Positions 46,090-55,814 of a stretch of DNA of 64,000 nt are shown one piece after another (within the stretch, counting starts at the first letter, position 1; every line of letters starts with the position of its first letter). The notes under the pieces were generated by a model. That model was not told where the DNA came from and searched no databases. It was given only the letters and a program-made list of their open reading frames with translations. Source of the stretch: Alphaproteobacteria bacterium (GTDB taxonomy: Bacteria > Pseudomonadota > Alphaproteobacteria > MPNO01 > UBA2964). The DNA lies in NCBI GenBank assembly GCA_009377375.1, contig WHUE01000004.1, positions 18,605 to 82,604 on the forward strand. The letters run 5' to 3'. A program made the position numbers and the translations under genes.

Positions 46090-47576
46090 TTCCCCAGCGG
46101 CTGAAAGGTCGTGCGGGCGGGAGAGACCACGACGGCGCCGGTCGGGCGGAGTTCGATCACCGCGAGCTGGCGCTCGACCAGCCCGTCCCGCAGCAGGCGG
46201 AACGTGCCGGCCGCGCCGGCGAAGCCGTTCGGCGCGGTCAGCGATATCGTATTGAAGGCCGGCCCTTCCTCCGCGGTCGCCAGCACCGCGGCGAGCGAGG
46301 CCGCGTCGTAGGCCAGCACGCCGAGCGGATGCGGCGGCCGGCCGTAGACGGCGCGGAACCGCTCCTCGAAAGGCTTGCGCGCGTCGGGCGAGGGGCCGGC
46401 GAACCAGGCCCCGGACAGCGAGGGCTCGCGTTCCAGCTCCTGCCCCGGGCGGCCGTCGATGCCGAGGACGCGGACCTGGCCGGTGTCGATGTCGTAGAAC
46501 GGCAGCAGCGGCGCCAGCGCCTTCAGCGCCGCGCCCGATTCGGCCAGCAGCACGGCGTCGAACGGCAGCGCGCCCAGCGTGTCGCGCCCGATCAGCCGGC
46601 GGAGCGCGCGCGCGGACAGATCGTCCCCCGCCTGCGCCAGCTCCGCCCGGCGGGCCTGCATCGCGGCGCGGCGGTCCTCGTAGGCGGCGAGGCGGCGGAC
46701 CGCGGCGGCGATCGAGTCCTGGCTCTGGCCGTAGAATTCGATATCGGCCACCGCCCCGCCGGCAGCGGCCACCGCCTCGCGGAAGGCTTCGGCGACGCGG
46801 GTGCCGAAGGCGTCCTCGGGCAGCAGCGCGGCAAACCGCCTGCGTCCCTGGGACGCGGCATAGCCGACCACCCGGCGCACCGCCGCCTCGGGCCGGAACC
46901 CGATGACGAAGGCGTCCTCGCGTGCCGCGGCGCGGTCGTTGGAGAACGCGACGACCGGCAGGTTCGCGGCGCGTGCGAGCGGCGCGACCTCCACCACCGA
47001 ACCGGCGAAGAGCGGGCCGAGCAGGATCTGCGCGCCGCCTTCGATGGCGGAGATCGCGGCGGCGCTGGCGCCCTGGGACGTGCCCTGCGTGTCGCGCGGC
47101 AGGAGGGTAAGCTCGTCGTTCGCGACGTCGAACACGGCAAGCTGCGCGGCGTCGAGCAGCGCGCGGCCGATCCCCGCATCGGCGCCCGAGAGCGGCAGCA
47201 ACAGCCCCACGCCGATGGTCCGGTTCACCCCCGGCGGCGGCGTCAGGATCACCCGGCCGCCTTCGGCGCCGGGCAGGCCGGGCGGCGGCGCGGCGGGAAC
47301 GGGATAGGGCGGCGGCGTCGCCATGGGGACGCGCGGTTGCTCTTCCCCCGGCGGGACGGGCTGCGCCCGTGGCGCGTCGGCGGCGCGGCCTTGCGCGGCT
47401 TCGCCCCGCTCTCTAACGTTGGACGACGAGCAGGCCGCGAGCAGCAGGCACAGCACGGCGATCAATGGCCACGCCCAGACCCCGCAGGAAGACGCCGCGC
47501 GACGATGCGGTGCGGCGCACGCAGGCCCCGGCCGAAAGCGCCGCATCGACGAGTTGCATTCCGACTCAGCAGACAT
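46086..47576 (-). CDS. LppC-family penicillin-binding protein activator lipoprotein
   Basis: LLLAAC lipobox, VGLLLPLSG, LLGPLFA, LAYDAA, FRLLRDGLVERQLAV; true start probably downstream of 47576. Confidence 0.85.
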   Translation of the reverse strand: MSAESECNSSMRRFRPGPACAAPHRRAASSCGVWAWPLIAVLCLLLAACSSSNVRERGEAAQGRAADAPRAQPVPPGEEQPRVPMATPPPYPVPAAPPPGLPGAEGGRVILTPPPGVNRTIGVGLLLPLSGADAGIGRALLDAAQLAVFDVANDELTLLPRDTQGTSQGASAAAISAIEGGAQILLGPLFAGSVVEVAPLARAANLPVVAFSNDRAAAREDAFVIGFRPEAAVRRVVGYAASQGRRRFAALLPEDAFGTRVAEAFREAVAAAGGAVADIEFYGQSQDSIAAAVRRLAAYEDRRAAMQARRAELAQAGDDLSARALRRLIGRDTLGALPFDAVLLAESGAALKALAPLLPFYDIDTGQVRVLGIDGRPGQELEREPSLSGAWFAGPSPDARKPFEERFRAVYGRPPHPLGVLAYDAASLAAVLATAEEGPAFNTISLTAPNGFAGAAGTFRLLRDGLVERQLAVIELRPTGAVVVSPARTTFQPLGN

Positions 47577-48494
47577 CCGAAAACCCGACCCCTGAAAACG
47601 GAGGCGACCCTATCGCCAGGCCGGAGCCAAGTAAACCGCTGCGCATCCCGCCCGGGCTGCACCTGGTGGCGACGCCGATCGGCCATCTGGGCGACGCGAG
47701 CGCACGCGCGATCGAGACGCTGCGCCGCGCCGACATCATCGCCTGCGAGGACAGCCGCGTCACCGGCAAGCTGTGCGCCGCATATGGCATCCGCACCCGT
47801 CTTACCCCCTATCACGAGCACAACGCGAAATTCGCGCTGCCCGTGCTGATGAAACGATTGGAACAGGGCGAGATTGTGGCGCTGGTATCCGATGCGGGCA
47901 CGCCGCTGGTGTCGGATCCGGGTTACCGGCTGGTGCGGGCCGCGATCGACGCGGGCGTCGCCGTGACCGCCGTGCCGGGCGCCTCCGCCGCGCTCGCGGC
48001 GCTGGTCGTGTCCGGGCTGCCGACCGACCGTTTCCTGTTCGCCGGGTTCCTGCCGCCGAAATCCGCCGCGCGGCGGACGGCGCTCGCGGAGTTGGCCGGG
48101 CTGCGCGCGACGCTGGTGTTCTACGAATCGCCGCGGCGGCTGGCGGGCGCGCTGGCCGACATGGCCGCGATGCTGGGCCCGCGCGAGGCGGCGGTGGCGC
48201 GCGAGCTGACCAAGCTGCACGAGGAGACGCGACGGGGCGCGCTCGCCGCCCTCGCCGCGGACTACGCCGCCGCGCCCGCGCCGAAGGGCGAGATCGTCGT
48301 CGTGGTCGGACCCGGCGCGGGAGACGGGCGTCGCCGACGACGATGCGCTCGACGCGATGCTGGAGGACGCGCTGGCGGCGGGCGGGGCGCGGCTGCGCGA
48401 CGCGGTGGACGAGGCGGCGCGGCGCAGCGGCCGGAAGCGGCGCGAGGTGTATGCCCGGGCGCTGGCGCTGCAGGGCCGGGGGGAGACGGAATGA
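47465..48494 (+). CDS. rsmI: 16S rRNA C1402 2'-O-methyltransferase RsmI with apparent frameshift near 48310
   Basis: LHLVATPIGHLGD, VSDAGTPLVSDPG, FYESPRR, ARELTKLHEE, KGEIVVVVG; C-terminal helical tail continues in another frame to TGA 48492-48494; start uncertain. Confidence 0.85.
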
Positions 48495-48898
48495 GCGGCA
48501 GAGCGCCGTCCCGGCCGATGGGCCTGGCCGAGCGCCGGCGGCGCCATGCGCTGGGGCTGGGGGCCGAGCGGCTTTGCGCCTGGCATCTGCGGCTGCGCGG
48601 CTGGCGCATCCTGGCGCGGCGCTTTCGCACCCCCGCCGGCGAGATCGACATCGTCGCCCGGCGCGGCCGGCTGATCGCCTTCATCGAGGTCAAGGCGCGC
48701 GGCGACGCGGGCATGGCGGCGGAATCGCTGGGTCCGCGCCAGCGCCGCCGCATCGCGCGGGCCGCCGCGCTGTTCGTCAAGAAATCGCCGCAATACGCAG
48801 GCTACGATATGCGCTTCGACATGATGCTGGTCAGTCCCGCGAGGCTGCCCCGCCACGTGATGGATGCTTGGCGCGACTCACCACGCGCGGCAGAATAA
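48491..48898 (+). CDS. yraN: YraN-family PD-(D/E)XK nuclease-like protein
   Basis: GEIDIVARRG, FIEVKAR, MRFD. Confidence 0.9.
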   Translation: MSGRAPSRPMGLAERRRRHALGLGAERLCAWHLRLRGWRILARRFRTPAGEIDIVARRGRLIAFIEVKARGDAGMAAESLGPRQRRRIARAAALFVKKSPQYAGYDMRFDMMLVSPARLPRHVMDAWRDSPRAAE

Positions 48899-48945
48899 CG
48901 GGCGCGAACCTCTATCTTCACCCGTCCGAACGCCGGAGGATCGAC

Positions 48946-49554
48946 ATGCGCACCCGCCTGCCCCCGTTTGCCGCCCTTGCGCTCGCCGCCGCGCTGGCAC
49001 AGCCGCTGGCCGGCTGCGTCGAGGTCGCCGCGGGCGGGGCCGCCGCCGTCACCACCGCCGCGCTGGAAGAGCGCGGGCTGAAGGCCGCGGTCAGCGACAA
49101 CGTGATTCGCGCGCGCATCCTCGACAGGTGGCTTGAGCACAGCGAGGAAATGACGCGCAAGGTCGACATGGCCATCACCGAGGGGCGCGTGCTGCTGACG
49201 GGAATCCTGCCGAACCAGCAGATGCGGCTGGACGCCGTCCGCCTCGCCTGGCAGGCCGACGGGGTGAGGGAGATCATCAACGAGATCCAGGTCGACAGCA
49301 GCGCCGGCGTCGGCACCTTCGCCCGGGACACCTGGATCACCACCCAGCTCCTCAGCAAGCTGACCTTCGACAACCGCGTCTCGTCGATCAACTACTCGGT
49401 CGAGACGGTCGCCGGCACGGTGTACCTGATGGGCATCGCCCAGGACCAGGACGAGCTGGACCGCGTGCAGAACCACGCGCGGAACCTGAGCTACGTGCGC
49501 CGGGTCGTTTCCTATGTGAGGCTGAAGGACGACCCCCGCCGCGGCAAGTCGTGA
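48946..49554 (+). CDS. dual BON-domain lipoprotein (DolP/YraP-like)
   Basis: LAGC lipobox, EGRVLLTG, DTWITT, GTVYLMG. Confidence 0.88.
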   Translation: MRTRLPPFAALALAAALAQPLAGCVEVAAGGAAAVTTAALEERGLKAAVSDNVIRARILDRWLEHSEEMTRKVDMAITEGRVLLTGILPNQQMRLDAVRLAWQADGVREIINEIQVDSSAGVGTFARDTWITTQLLSKLTFDNRVSSINYSVETVAGTVYLMGIAQDQDELDRVQNHARNLSYVRRVVSYVRLKDDPRRGKS

Positions 49555-50387
49555 CTGCCGCGCAGGATATCCGGGACGAGCTGGCCGCCGTCGGCGGCCT
49601 TGAGGACGACGCGATCGACATCGCCCGCACGGCGCTGCTGCTGGCCGCGCTGGACCGGCCCGGCGTTTCGCGCGACTCCTATCACGCCCATCTGGACGAG
49701 ATCGCCGCCGCGGTCGCTGCCCGCGTGCCGGCCGGCGCGAGGCACAACCTCGCGCGGCGCGCCGGCGCCCTGGCCGCAGCGCTGGGAGGGGAGATGGGCT
49801 ATGCCGGCGACACGCTGACCTACGAGGACCCGCAGAACGCCAACCTGATGCGGGTGATCGACCGCCGCAAGGGGCTGCCGGTGGCGCTGGGCATCCTCTA
49901 TCTGCACGCCGCGCGGGCGCAGGGCTGGGACGCGGCGGGGCTGAACTTTCCCGGCCATTTCCTGGTGCGGCTGGAGCGCGGCCCGGTGCGCGTCATCATC
50001 GACCCGTTCAACGGCGGCCGGGAGATGGCCGCGGAGGACATGCGCGGCGTGCTGAAGACGGTGGCCGGCGCCGAGGCCGAGCTGCGCCCCGAACACTACG
50101 CCCCCACCGGCAGCCGGGACGTGCTGGTGCGGCTGCTGAGCAACATCAAGCTGCGCGCGGCACAGACGGACGACGCCGCCCGCGCGCTGGAGATCATCGA
50201 CCGCATCCTGCTGATCGCGCCCGGCCAGACCGCGCTCCTGCGCGAGGCCGGGCTGTTCCACGCGCGGCTCGGAAACCTGAAAAGCGCGCAGGAGGCGCTC
50301 GTCGCCTTCCTCGGCCGCAGCGGCGACGCCGCGATGCGCGCCGAGGCGGAGAAGCTCTTGCAACAGCTCCGGACCCGGCTTAACTAG
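49551..50387 (+). CDS. SirB1-like transglutaminase/TPR protein
   Basis: [31 protein letters not shown]-terminal TPR-like helices. Confidence 0.85.
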   Translation: MTAAQDIRDELAAVGGLEDDAIDIARTALLLAALDRPGVSRDSYHAHLDEIAAAVAARVPAGARHNLARRAGALAAALGGEMGYAGDTLTYEDPQNANLMRVIDRRKGLPVALGILYLHAARAQGWDAAGLNFPGHFLVRLERGPVRVIIDPFNGGREMAAEDMRGVLKTVAGAEAELRPEHYAPTGSRDVLVRLLSNIKLRAAQTDDAARALEIIDRILLIAPGQTALLREAGLFHARLGNLKSAQEALVAFLGRSGDAAMRAEAEKLLQQLRTRLN

Positions 50388-50434
50388 ATCAGCCTCGCGC
50401 GCCGCGTCAGCCCGCTCCCAACACGGACCCCGAA

Positions 50435-51394
50435 ATGAGCCTCGCCGTCGCCATCCAGATGGACCCGATCGAGAGCATCGACATCGATGCCGACAGCACC
50501 TTCGTGCTGGCCCTCGAAGCGCAGCGGCGCGGTCACGCGCTCTACCACTATCTGCCGCAGGACCTGATCCTGCGCGACCACCGGCTGTTCGCGCGCTGCC
50601 GCGCGCTGCAGGTGCGGCGCGAGGCCGGCAGCCACTTCACCCTCGGCGGGAAGGAGCTCATCGACCTGGCCACGCTGGACGTGGTGCTGATGCGCCAGGA
50701 CCCGCCCTTCGACATGGCCTATATCACGGCGACGCACCTGCTGGAGCACATCCATCCGGACACGCTGGTGATCAACGATCCCGTCCATGTGCGCAACGCG
50801 CCGGAGAAGCTGTTCGTCACCCATTTCGAGGGGCTGATGCCGCCGACGCTGATCACCTCGGACCGAGAGGAGATCCTGGCCTTCCGGCGCGAGCACGGCG
50901 ACATCATCCTGAAGCCGCTGTTCGGCAACGGCGGCGCCGGCGTCTTCCACCTGACGCCGGAGGACGAGAACATGAATGCGTTCCTTGAGATGTTCACGGC
51001 GCTCTACCGCGAGCCGATCATCGTGCAGCGCTACGTGCCCGAGGTGCGCGAGGGCGACAAGCGCATCATCCTGGTGGACGGCGAACCCGCCGGCGCGGTC
51101 GCCCGCATCCCGGCCAGGGGCGACGCCCGCGCCAATTTCCACGCCGGCGGCCGGGCGGAGAAATCCGTCCTCACCGAACGCGAGCGCGAGATCTGCGCCA
51201 TGATCGGCCCGGCGCTGTACGACCGCGGGCTGGTCTTCGTCGGCATCGACGTGCTCGGCGACTACCTGACCGAGATCAACGTCACCTCGCCCACCGGCAT
51301 CCAGGAGATCAACCGCCTGGACGGCATTCAGATCGAGACGACGATCTGGGACGCCATCGAGCGCCGCTTCGGCGAGCGGCACACGCGGTTCTAA
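50435..51394 (+). CDS. gshB: glutathione synthetase
   Basis: [31 protein letters not shown]. Confidence 0.97.
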   Translation: MSLAVAIQMDPIESIDIDADSTFVLALEAQRRGHALYHYLPQDLILRDHRLFARCRALQVRREAGSHFTLGGKELIDLATLDVVLMRQDPPFDMAYITATHLLEHIHPDTLVINDPVHVRNAPEKLFVTHFEGLMPPTLITSDREEILAFRREHGDIILKPLFGNGGAGVFHLTPEDENMNAFLEMFTALYREPIIVQRYVPEVREGDKRIILVDGEPAGAVARIPARGDARANFHAGGRAEKSVLTEREREICAMIGPALYDRGLVFVGIDVLGDYLTEINVTSPTGIQEINRLDGIQIETTIWDAIERRFGERHTRF

Positions 51395-51714
51395 CCTGAG
51401 GCGGCCTCGCGGCAGCCGACCAGACGGGTTCCCCCGGTCACCCAGAACGCGCCGCGCCCCTTGGCGTGAAACACGTGCTCGCCGTTGCGGTAGCGGATGC
51501 CGGAGCCGGAGACCGTCTGCGCCATCACCATCGGCGCGGCGCCGGGACGTTCGACCGTCACCCGATGCGCCAAGGGGTCGAAATCCGCGGTGAACGTCGT
51601 CCCGTCGTCGCAGGCATAGGCCACCGGCGCCGGGGCCGGCGCGTCGAGCCCGCAGGCGCAGCCGGCCAGCAGCAGGGCGAAGGCGGGCGCGGCGAAGGAG
51701 GCAGGGTGTCGCAT
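51391..51714 (-). CDS. MliC-family lysozyme-inhibitor lipoprotein
   Basis: [23 protein letters not shown]. Confidence 0.8.
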   Translation of the reverse strand: MRHPASFAAPAFALLLAGCACGLDAPAPAPVAYACDDGTTFTADFDPLAHRVTVERPGAAPMVMAQTVSGSGIRYRNGEHVFHAKGRGAFWVTGGTRLVGCREAASG

Positions 51715-51775
51715 GACCCCGATGCTACGCCGTCGGGCGCGACGGGGAAAGCGGGATGCGCGGGGCCGATGCGGG

Positions 51776-53347
51776 TCAGGCGACCTGGCGGGTCTCGATG
51801 AGGCGCGCCGCGGGCAGGGTGATCGTCACCGTGGTGCCGACGCCGAGCGTGCTTTCGAGTTCCAGCGTGCCGCCGTGAAGCTCCATCAGGCTCTTGGACA
51901 GCGGCAGGCCGAGCCCGGTGCCCTCGTAGCGGCGGCCGAGCGTGTCGTCGACCTGGCCGAAGCGTTCGAGCGCCTTGGGGATGTCTTCCGAGGCGATGCC
52001 GATGCCGGTGTCGGTGACGGAAACCGCGACGCCCATGGCGGTGCGGTACGCGACGACCCGCATCGCGCCGTCTTCAGGGGTGAACTTGACCGCGTTGGAC
52101 AGCAGGTTCAGGAGCACCTGGCGGAGGCGGCGCTCGTCGGCGCGGATCCGGGGCATATCGGGAGGGATGTCGATCGCCAGCGCGATGCGCGCGGTTTCGG
52201 CCTGTCGCCGCACCATCCGCACCGCGTCGTCCACGATCTGGCGCAGATCCGTCTCGTCGTCGTCCATCTCCAGCCCGCCGGCATCCAGCTTCGAGATGTC
52301 GAGCACGTCGTTGATCAGCCCCAGCAGATGCGCGCCGCTGTCGTAGATGCACTTGGCGTAATCGAGGTACTGCCCGTTGCCCACCGGGCCGAACATCTCC
52401 TTCGCGATCACCTCGGAGAATCCGATCACCGCGTTCAGCGGCGTGCGCAGCTCGTGGCTCATGGTCGCCAGGAACTGGGATTTCGTCTGGCTGCTGGCCG
52501 CCGCCGCCTCCAGCGCCCGGGTCAGGTTCTCGGCGGTCGCCTCGAGCTCGCGCTTCGTCGCCTCGAGCTCGGCGACGTGATCGCGGAGCCGCGCCGCCTC
52601 CGCCACAGAGCGGTCGGCCAGATGCTGGTCGACGATCGAGCCCACAAGACCGAGGGCGATGATCAGCACGGTCAGCAGCACCACCGCGACCGAAAGCCAT
52701 TCCGGATCGACCGACGCGGCGGACACGACGATGCGCGGGTCGGGAACGTAGGTCACCGCCGCCATGCCGGTGAAGTGAAGCCCGACGATCCCGAGAATAT
52801 AGAGCGTCACGGCCCCGACCTGGCGCCCGAGCGTCGCGTCCGGCCGGGCGGCGACGCGCAGCGCGGCCGCGCAGCCGGCGGCCCCGATCAGGATCGAGGC
52901 GGCGACATAGGTCATGTCCCATTGCGCCGCGGCGGGAATCCGCACCGCCGCCATGCCGACATAATGCATGCCGGCGACGGCCAGCCCCGCCACCGCGCCG
53001 CCGAGGGCCGCGCTCCTGCCGGATGCGCCGCCGCGAAGCGCGATCAGGAAGCCGCCCCAGGTGATCCCGGCGGCGATGGCGATCGACAGCAGCGTCAGCA
53101 GAAGGTCGTACCCGACGGGAAGGCCGGGACGGAAGGCGAGCATGGCGAGAAAATGCGTCGCCCAGATGCCGGAGCCCGCCACCACGGCGGCGCCGGTATG
53201 CCAGAACAGCCGCGCCCGCCCCTCAGCCGCGCGCGCGCGGCTGAGCAGGCTGACCGCCGTGTAGCAGCCGAGCAGGCAGATGACGGCGGCAGCAGCGACG
53301 AAACGCAGGTCGTGCTGACCGGTGATGCAATCGAGGACGCGCAGCAT
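51776..53347 (-). CDS. MHYT-domain sensor histidine kinase
   Basis: GIWATHF, AGMHYVGM, GLHFTGM; MSHELRTPLN, NLLSNAVKFT, GTGLGL. Confidence 0.92.
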   Translation of the reverse strand: MLRVLDCITGQHDLRFVAAAAVICLLGCYTAVSLLSRARAAEGRARLFWHTGAAVVAGSGIWATHFLAMLAFRPGLPVGYDLLLTLLSIAIAAGITWGGFLIALRGGASGRSAALGGAVAGLAVAGMHYVGMAAVRIPAAAQWDMTYVAASILIGAAGCAAALRVAARPDATLGRQVGAVTLYILGIVGLHFTGMAAVTYVPDPRIVVSAASVDPEWLSVAVVLLTVLIIALGLVGSIVDQHLADRSVAEAARLRDHVAELEATKRELEATAENLTRALEAAAASSQTKSQFLATMSHELRTPLNAVIGFSEVIAKEMFGPVGNGQYLDYAKCIYDSGAHLLGLINDVLDISKLDAGGLEMDDDETDLRQIVDDAVRMVRRQAETARIALAIDIPPDMPRIRADERRLRQVLLNLLSNAVKFTPEDGAMRVVAYRTAMGVAVSVTDTGIGIASEDIPKALERFGQVDDTLGRRYEGTGLGLPLSKSLMELHGGTLELESTLGVGTTVTITLPAARLIETRQVA

Positions 53348-53524
53348 GGGCGCAGCATGAGGAAATTCCGCTAACAAAGCGTTACTGTTCGCGGAATCCC
53401 ACCGATGGAAACGGTCTTGCCTTCGCCGGAACAAAGAGGCAACATATCCGCCGTCCCGGTGAAGGAGGAGCAGGATGGCGGCGGAGGTTCTAGAGGCTTG
53501 GTAATGCTCGTCACGTCCCGATAA

Positions 53525-53836
53525 CTATACTTCTCCACTCGGAGGCACGTGCGATGGTTGCTCCCGCTCGGGCGGTTGCGGTTGCTTTACCAATGCGTGA
53601 TGAACCAGAAGACTTAGAAGATGCGCCCGCTCGTGCGGTGGAATAACGAATGATAACCACCCGAAACCAGAATGCCGAAATTGAAGTATCGTGTTTTCTC
53701 CGTCGAGAAACGTCTGCCATGCGGGGTCGAACTCCCCATGGGCATGCTTTGGAGCCTCTCTAGGAATCTCTGGTTGGAGCTGTCTCCGCTGTTGTGACGC
53801 GCGGGCAATTAGCGCATCAAGCTCGACGGTGTCCAT
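53525..53836 (-). CDS. hypothetical protein (possibly N-terminally truncated)
   Basis: MDTVELDALIARA...DPAW...FRHSGFGWLSFVIP; GGAG upstream. Confidence 0.5.
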   Translation of the reverse strand: MDTVELDALIARASQQRRQLQPEIPREAPKHAHGEFDPAWQTFLDGENTILQFRHSGFGWLSFVIPPHERAHLLSLLVHHALVKQPQPPEREQPSHVPPSGEV

Positions 53837-54074
53837 ATTCGATAATCTCCGCTTCCCAGTCAAAACCTGACATTGCCAAGTATAGAACGCCGCGCCCCCG
53901 GTCCGTGAAATAACGACCGAGACACGCTAACGTCTTAACGGCCTCGTCCTCCACAAACCGGGGTCCTTCTTGAACAACCCGCCAGAAATCCTCCTTCGCG
54001 GAAAGGCTCGTCCACGTGGCATCCAGAATTCTTGTCCGCGCCGTCCGCTCAACAGCGGCAAAATCTTCTGTCAT
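53817..54074 (-). CDS. hypothetical protein or fragment
   Basis: short ORF MTEDFAAVERTARTRILDATW in AT-richer block; no recognised motif. Confidence 0.3.
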   Translation of the reverse strand: MTEDFAAVERTARTRILDATWTSLSAKEDFWRVVQEGPRFVEDEAVKTLACLGRYFTDRGRGVLYLAMSGFDWEAEIIEYGHRRA

Positions 54075-54498
54075 ATACTGCACTTACCACCCATCCTAAT
54101 CCGACAGCTATCCAGATGGCTACATACAAGAATGACCATGTATACATGGAGTCCGGCATCGGTGAGATGACAAGCACCGGAATCGTCATTATCGTCAGTA
54201 CGAAACTTGCGGTTATCGAATATATAAAATGCCGCTCCATTCGCTTATAAATTTTCTTTGAACGGAAGGCAGATAAGAAATGATTTTCCGTAGTCTTGAT
54301 AAAAATCAAGAATGAGAACAAGAACGCACATACAATAGATGATGTATCAAATACTGCCTGATACAGCGACGATACAGATAAATTGCTCTCCTCTGCGACA
54401 GAGTAAAACTGCTCTCCCCATTTCCCAAAGGAGAGGACGCCGAAAAGCGCAAGCGCCAACGGTCCCCATCTCTCGGCAAAGATCGCAATTGGCTTCAT
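54049..54498 (-). CDS. hypothetical 4-TM membrane protein
   Basis: four hydrophobic segments; AT-rich codons; ATGA overlap with an upstream stop. Confidence 0.6.
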   Translation of the reverse strand: MKPIAIFAERWGPLALALFGVLSFGKWGEQFYSVAEESNLSVSSLYQAVFDTSSIVCAFLFSFLIFIKTTENHFLSAFRSKKIYKRMERHFIYSITASFVLTIMTIPVLVISPMPDSMYTWSFLYVAIWIAVGLGWVVSAVYDRRFCRC

Positions 54499-54542
54499 TT
54501 GTCCGCAGTTAAGTAGCTCTCTCTTATATAAGATATATTCGA

Positions 54543-55049
54543 TTGCATATCAGGATAGAGCGCCCCTGCATCTTCGTGGAACACATCGAACCGAAGAATT
54601 TCGGCACTCTCTGGCAAGCCCACGATAAGCCGGAACGACGATTCGCCCTTTCCGTCGATCTGCTTTTCAAAAACGAGGGTACGCGGCACGGCACGCTTCA
54701 TTCGTACTACATCACCCATTGCGACAAACTGCCAATTCACCCCGTGCCCGATCAGACAGCCAACATGTGGCATGGCAGGATTTTCGTTAACGCCGGCACC
54801 GGAGAACTCGCACGCGGCATCCACTCTTGGCCCGCTACATACGAGGCCGCCGCCCCAATCTTGGCGCGCAAGGCAAACATATATCTGCACGGTTTCATTA
54901 GGTACGCGGACATTCACGGCACCATGTGGCGGTCCGGATTCGCCTTTGTGTACTCCCCCGCTGAAGATCACGGGCGCGACGGTAGTTTCGACCAGTGCGG
55001 CCCTAGCGCCTTCTGGTACGACGTGGAGCAGGACGTAGACCGCACCTAG
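54543..55049 (+). CDS. hypothetical protein, probably lacking its N-terminus
   Basis: ERPCIFV, FKNEG, LHGFIRYADIHG, SGFAFVY protein-like composition; no clear start. Confidence 0.5.
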   Translation: MHIRIERPCIFVEHIEPKNFGTLWQAHDKPERRFALSVDLLFKNEGTRHGTLHSYYITHCDKLPIHPVPDQTANMWHGRIFVNAGTGELARGIHSWPATYEAAAPILARKANIYLHGFIRYADIHGTMWRSGFAFVYSPAEDHGRDGSFDQCGPSAFWYDVEQDVDRT

Positions 55050-55154
55050 TCCGGCTATCGACAGCCGCCAAAATCTTGATTTCTTCACAGCCCGGTCTCC
55101 ACCGGGCATCGGGTAGGCTAACGACGCACCAGCACTAGGTGCGTTTGCTACCTA

Positions 55155-55775
55155 ATGCCGGAATTCGCCCGCGCGACTTTGGAGGCGCTGCGCCAGCCGA
55201 TGGAGACCGGGCGCGCCGTTGTCGCCCGCGCCAACGCGCACCTGACATACCCGGCGCGGTTCCAGCTCGTCGCAGCGATGAACCCGTGCCGCTGCGGCTG
55301 GCTGGACGATGCGTCCCAAGCCTGCAGCCGCGTGCCGCGCTGCGCGCAGGACTACCAGGCGAAGATCTCCGGCCCGCTGTTCGACCGCATCGACCTGCAT
55401 GTCGACGTCCCCGCCGTCAGCCCGGCGGACCTGTCCCTGCCGCCGCCGGCCGAGGGTTCGGCGGCGGTCGCCGCCAGGGTCGCCGCCGCCCGCGCCGCCC
55501 AGGCCGAGCGCTATGCCGGCGAGGAGGCGCATGGCCGCGCACTGCGCACCAATGCCGACGCCGACGGGGCGCTGCTGGAACGCGTCGCCGCGCCGGACGA
55601 GGCCGGGCGCGCGCTGCTGACCCAGGCGGCGGAGAAGATGCGGCTGACGGCGCGCGGCTGGCACCGCACGCTCCGCGTCGCCCGCACGCTGGCCGATCTC
55701 GACGGCGCGGACGGGGTGCGCCGGCTGCACGTCGCCGAGGCGCTGTCCTGGCGCCGCCTCGCGCCGGGGCGGTGA
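55155..55775 (+). pseudogene. comM: C-terminal fragment of ComM/YifB Mg-chelatase-like ATPase
   Basis: PEFARATLEALRQPME, YPARFQLVAAMNPCRCG, ISGPLFDRID, VARTLADL; everything up to Walker B missing. Confidence 0.9.
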
Positions 55776-55814
55776 GCAAGTCGGCCTTTCCCGCCGCGCC
55801 GAACCCGCGCCCGG

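Larger units (their letters stand above)
53490..55154. mobile_element. AT-richer horizontally acquired remnant adjoining the comM breakpoint
   Basis: visible drop in GC and codon bias versus flanks; short, partly truncated ORFs; right end abuts truncated comM; no integrase seen. Confidence 0.6.

Noticed and set aside
45816-46255. short ORFs within the MITE
   Set aside because: No RBS or protein-like composition; explained by the inverted-repeat structure.
53406-53420. sigma54-like TGGAAAC-N4-TTGC before the 9-codon ORF
   Set aside because: Deviates from TGGCAC and has no intact downstream gene; too weak to call.
54495-55109. 204-aa minus-strand ORF as a full gene
   Set aside because: Mostly antisense to the more protein-like plus ORF; only the last ~20 codons may be a real gene tail.
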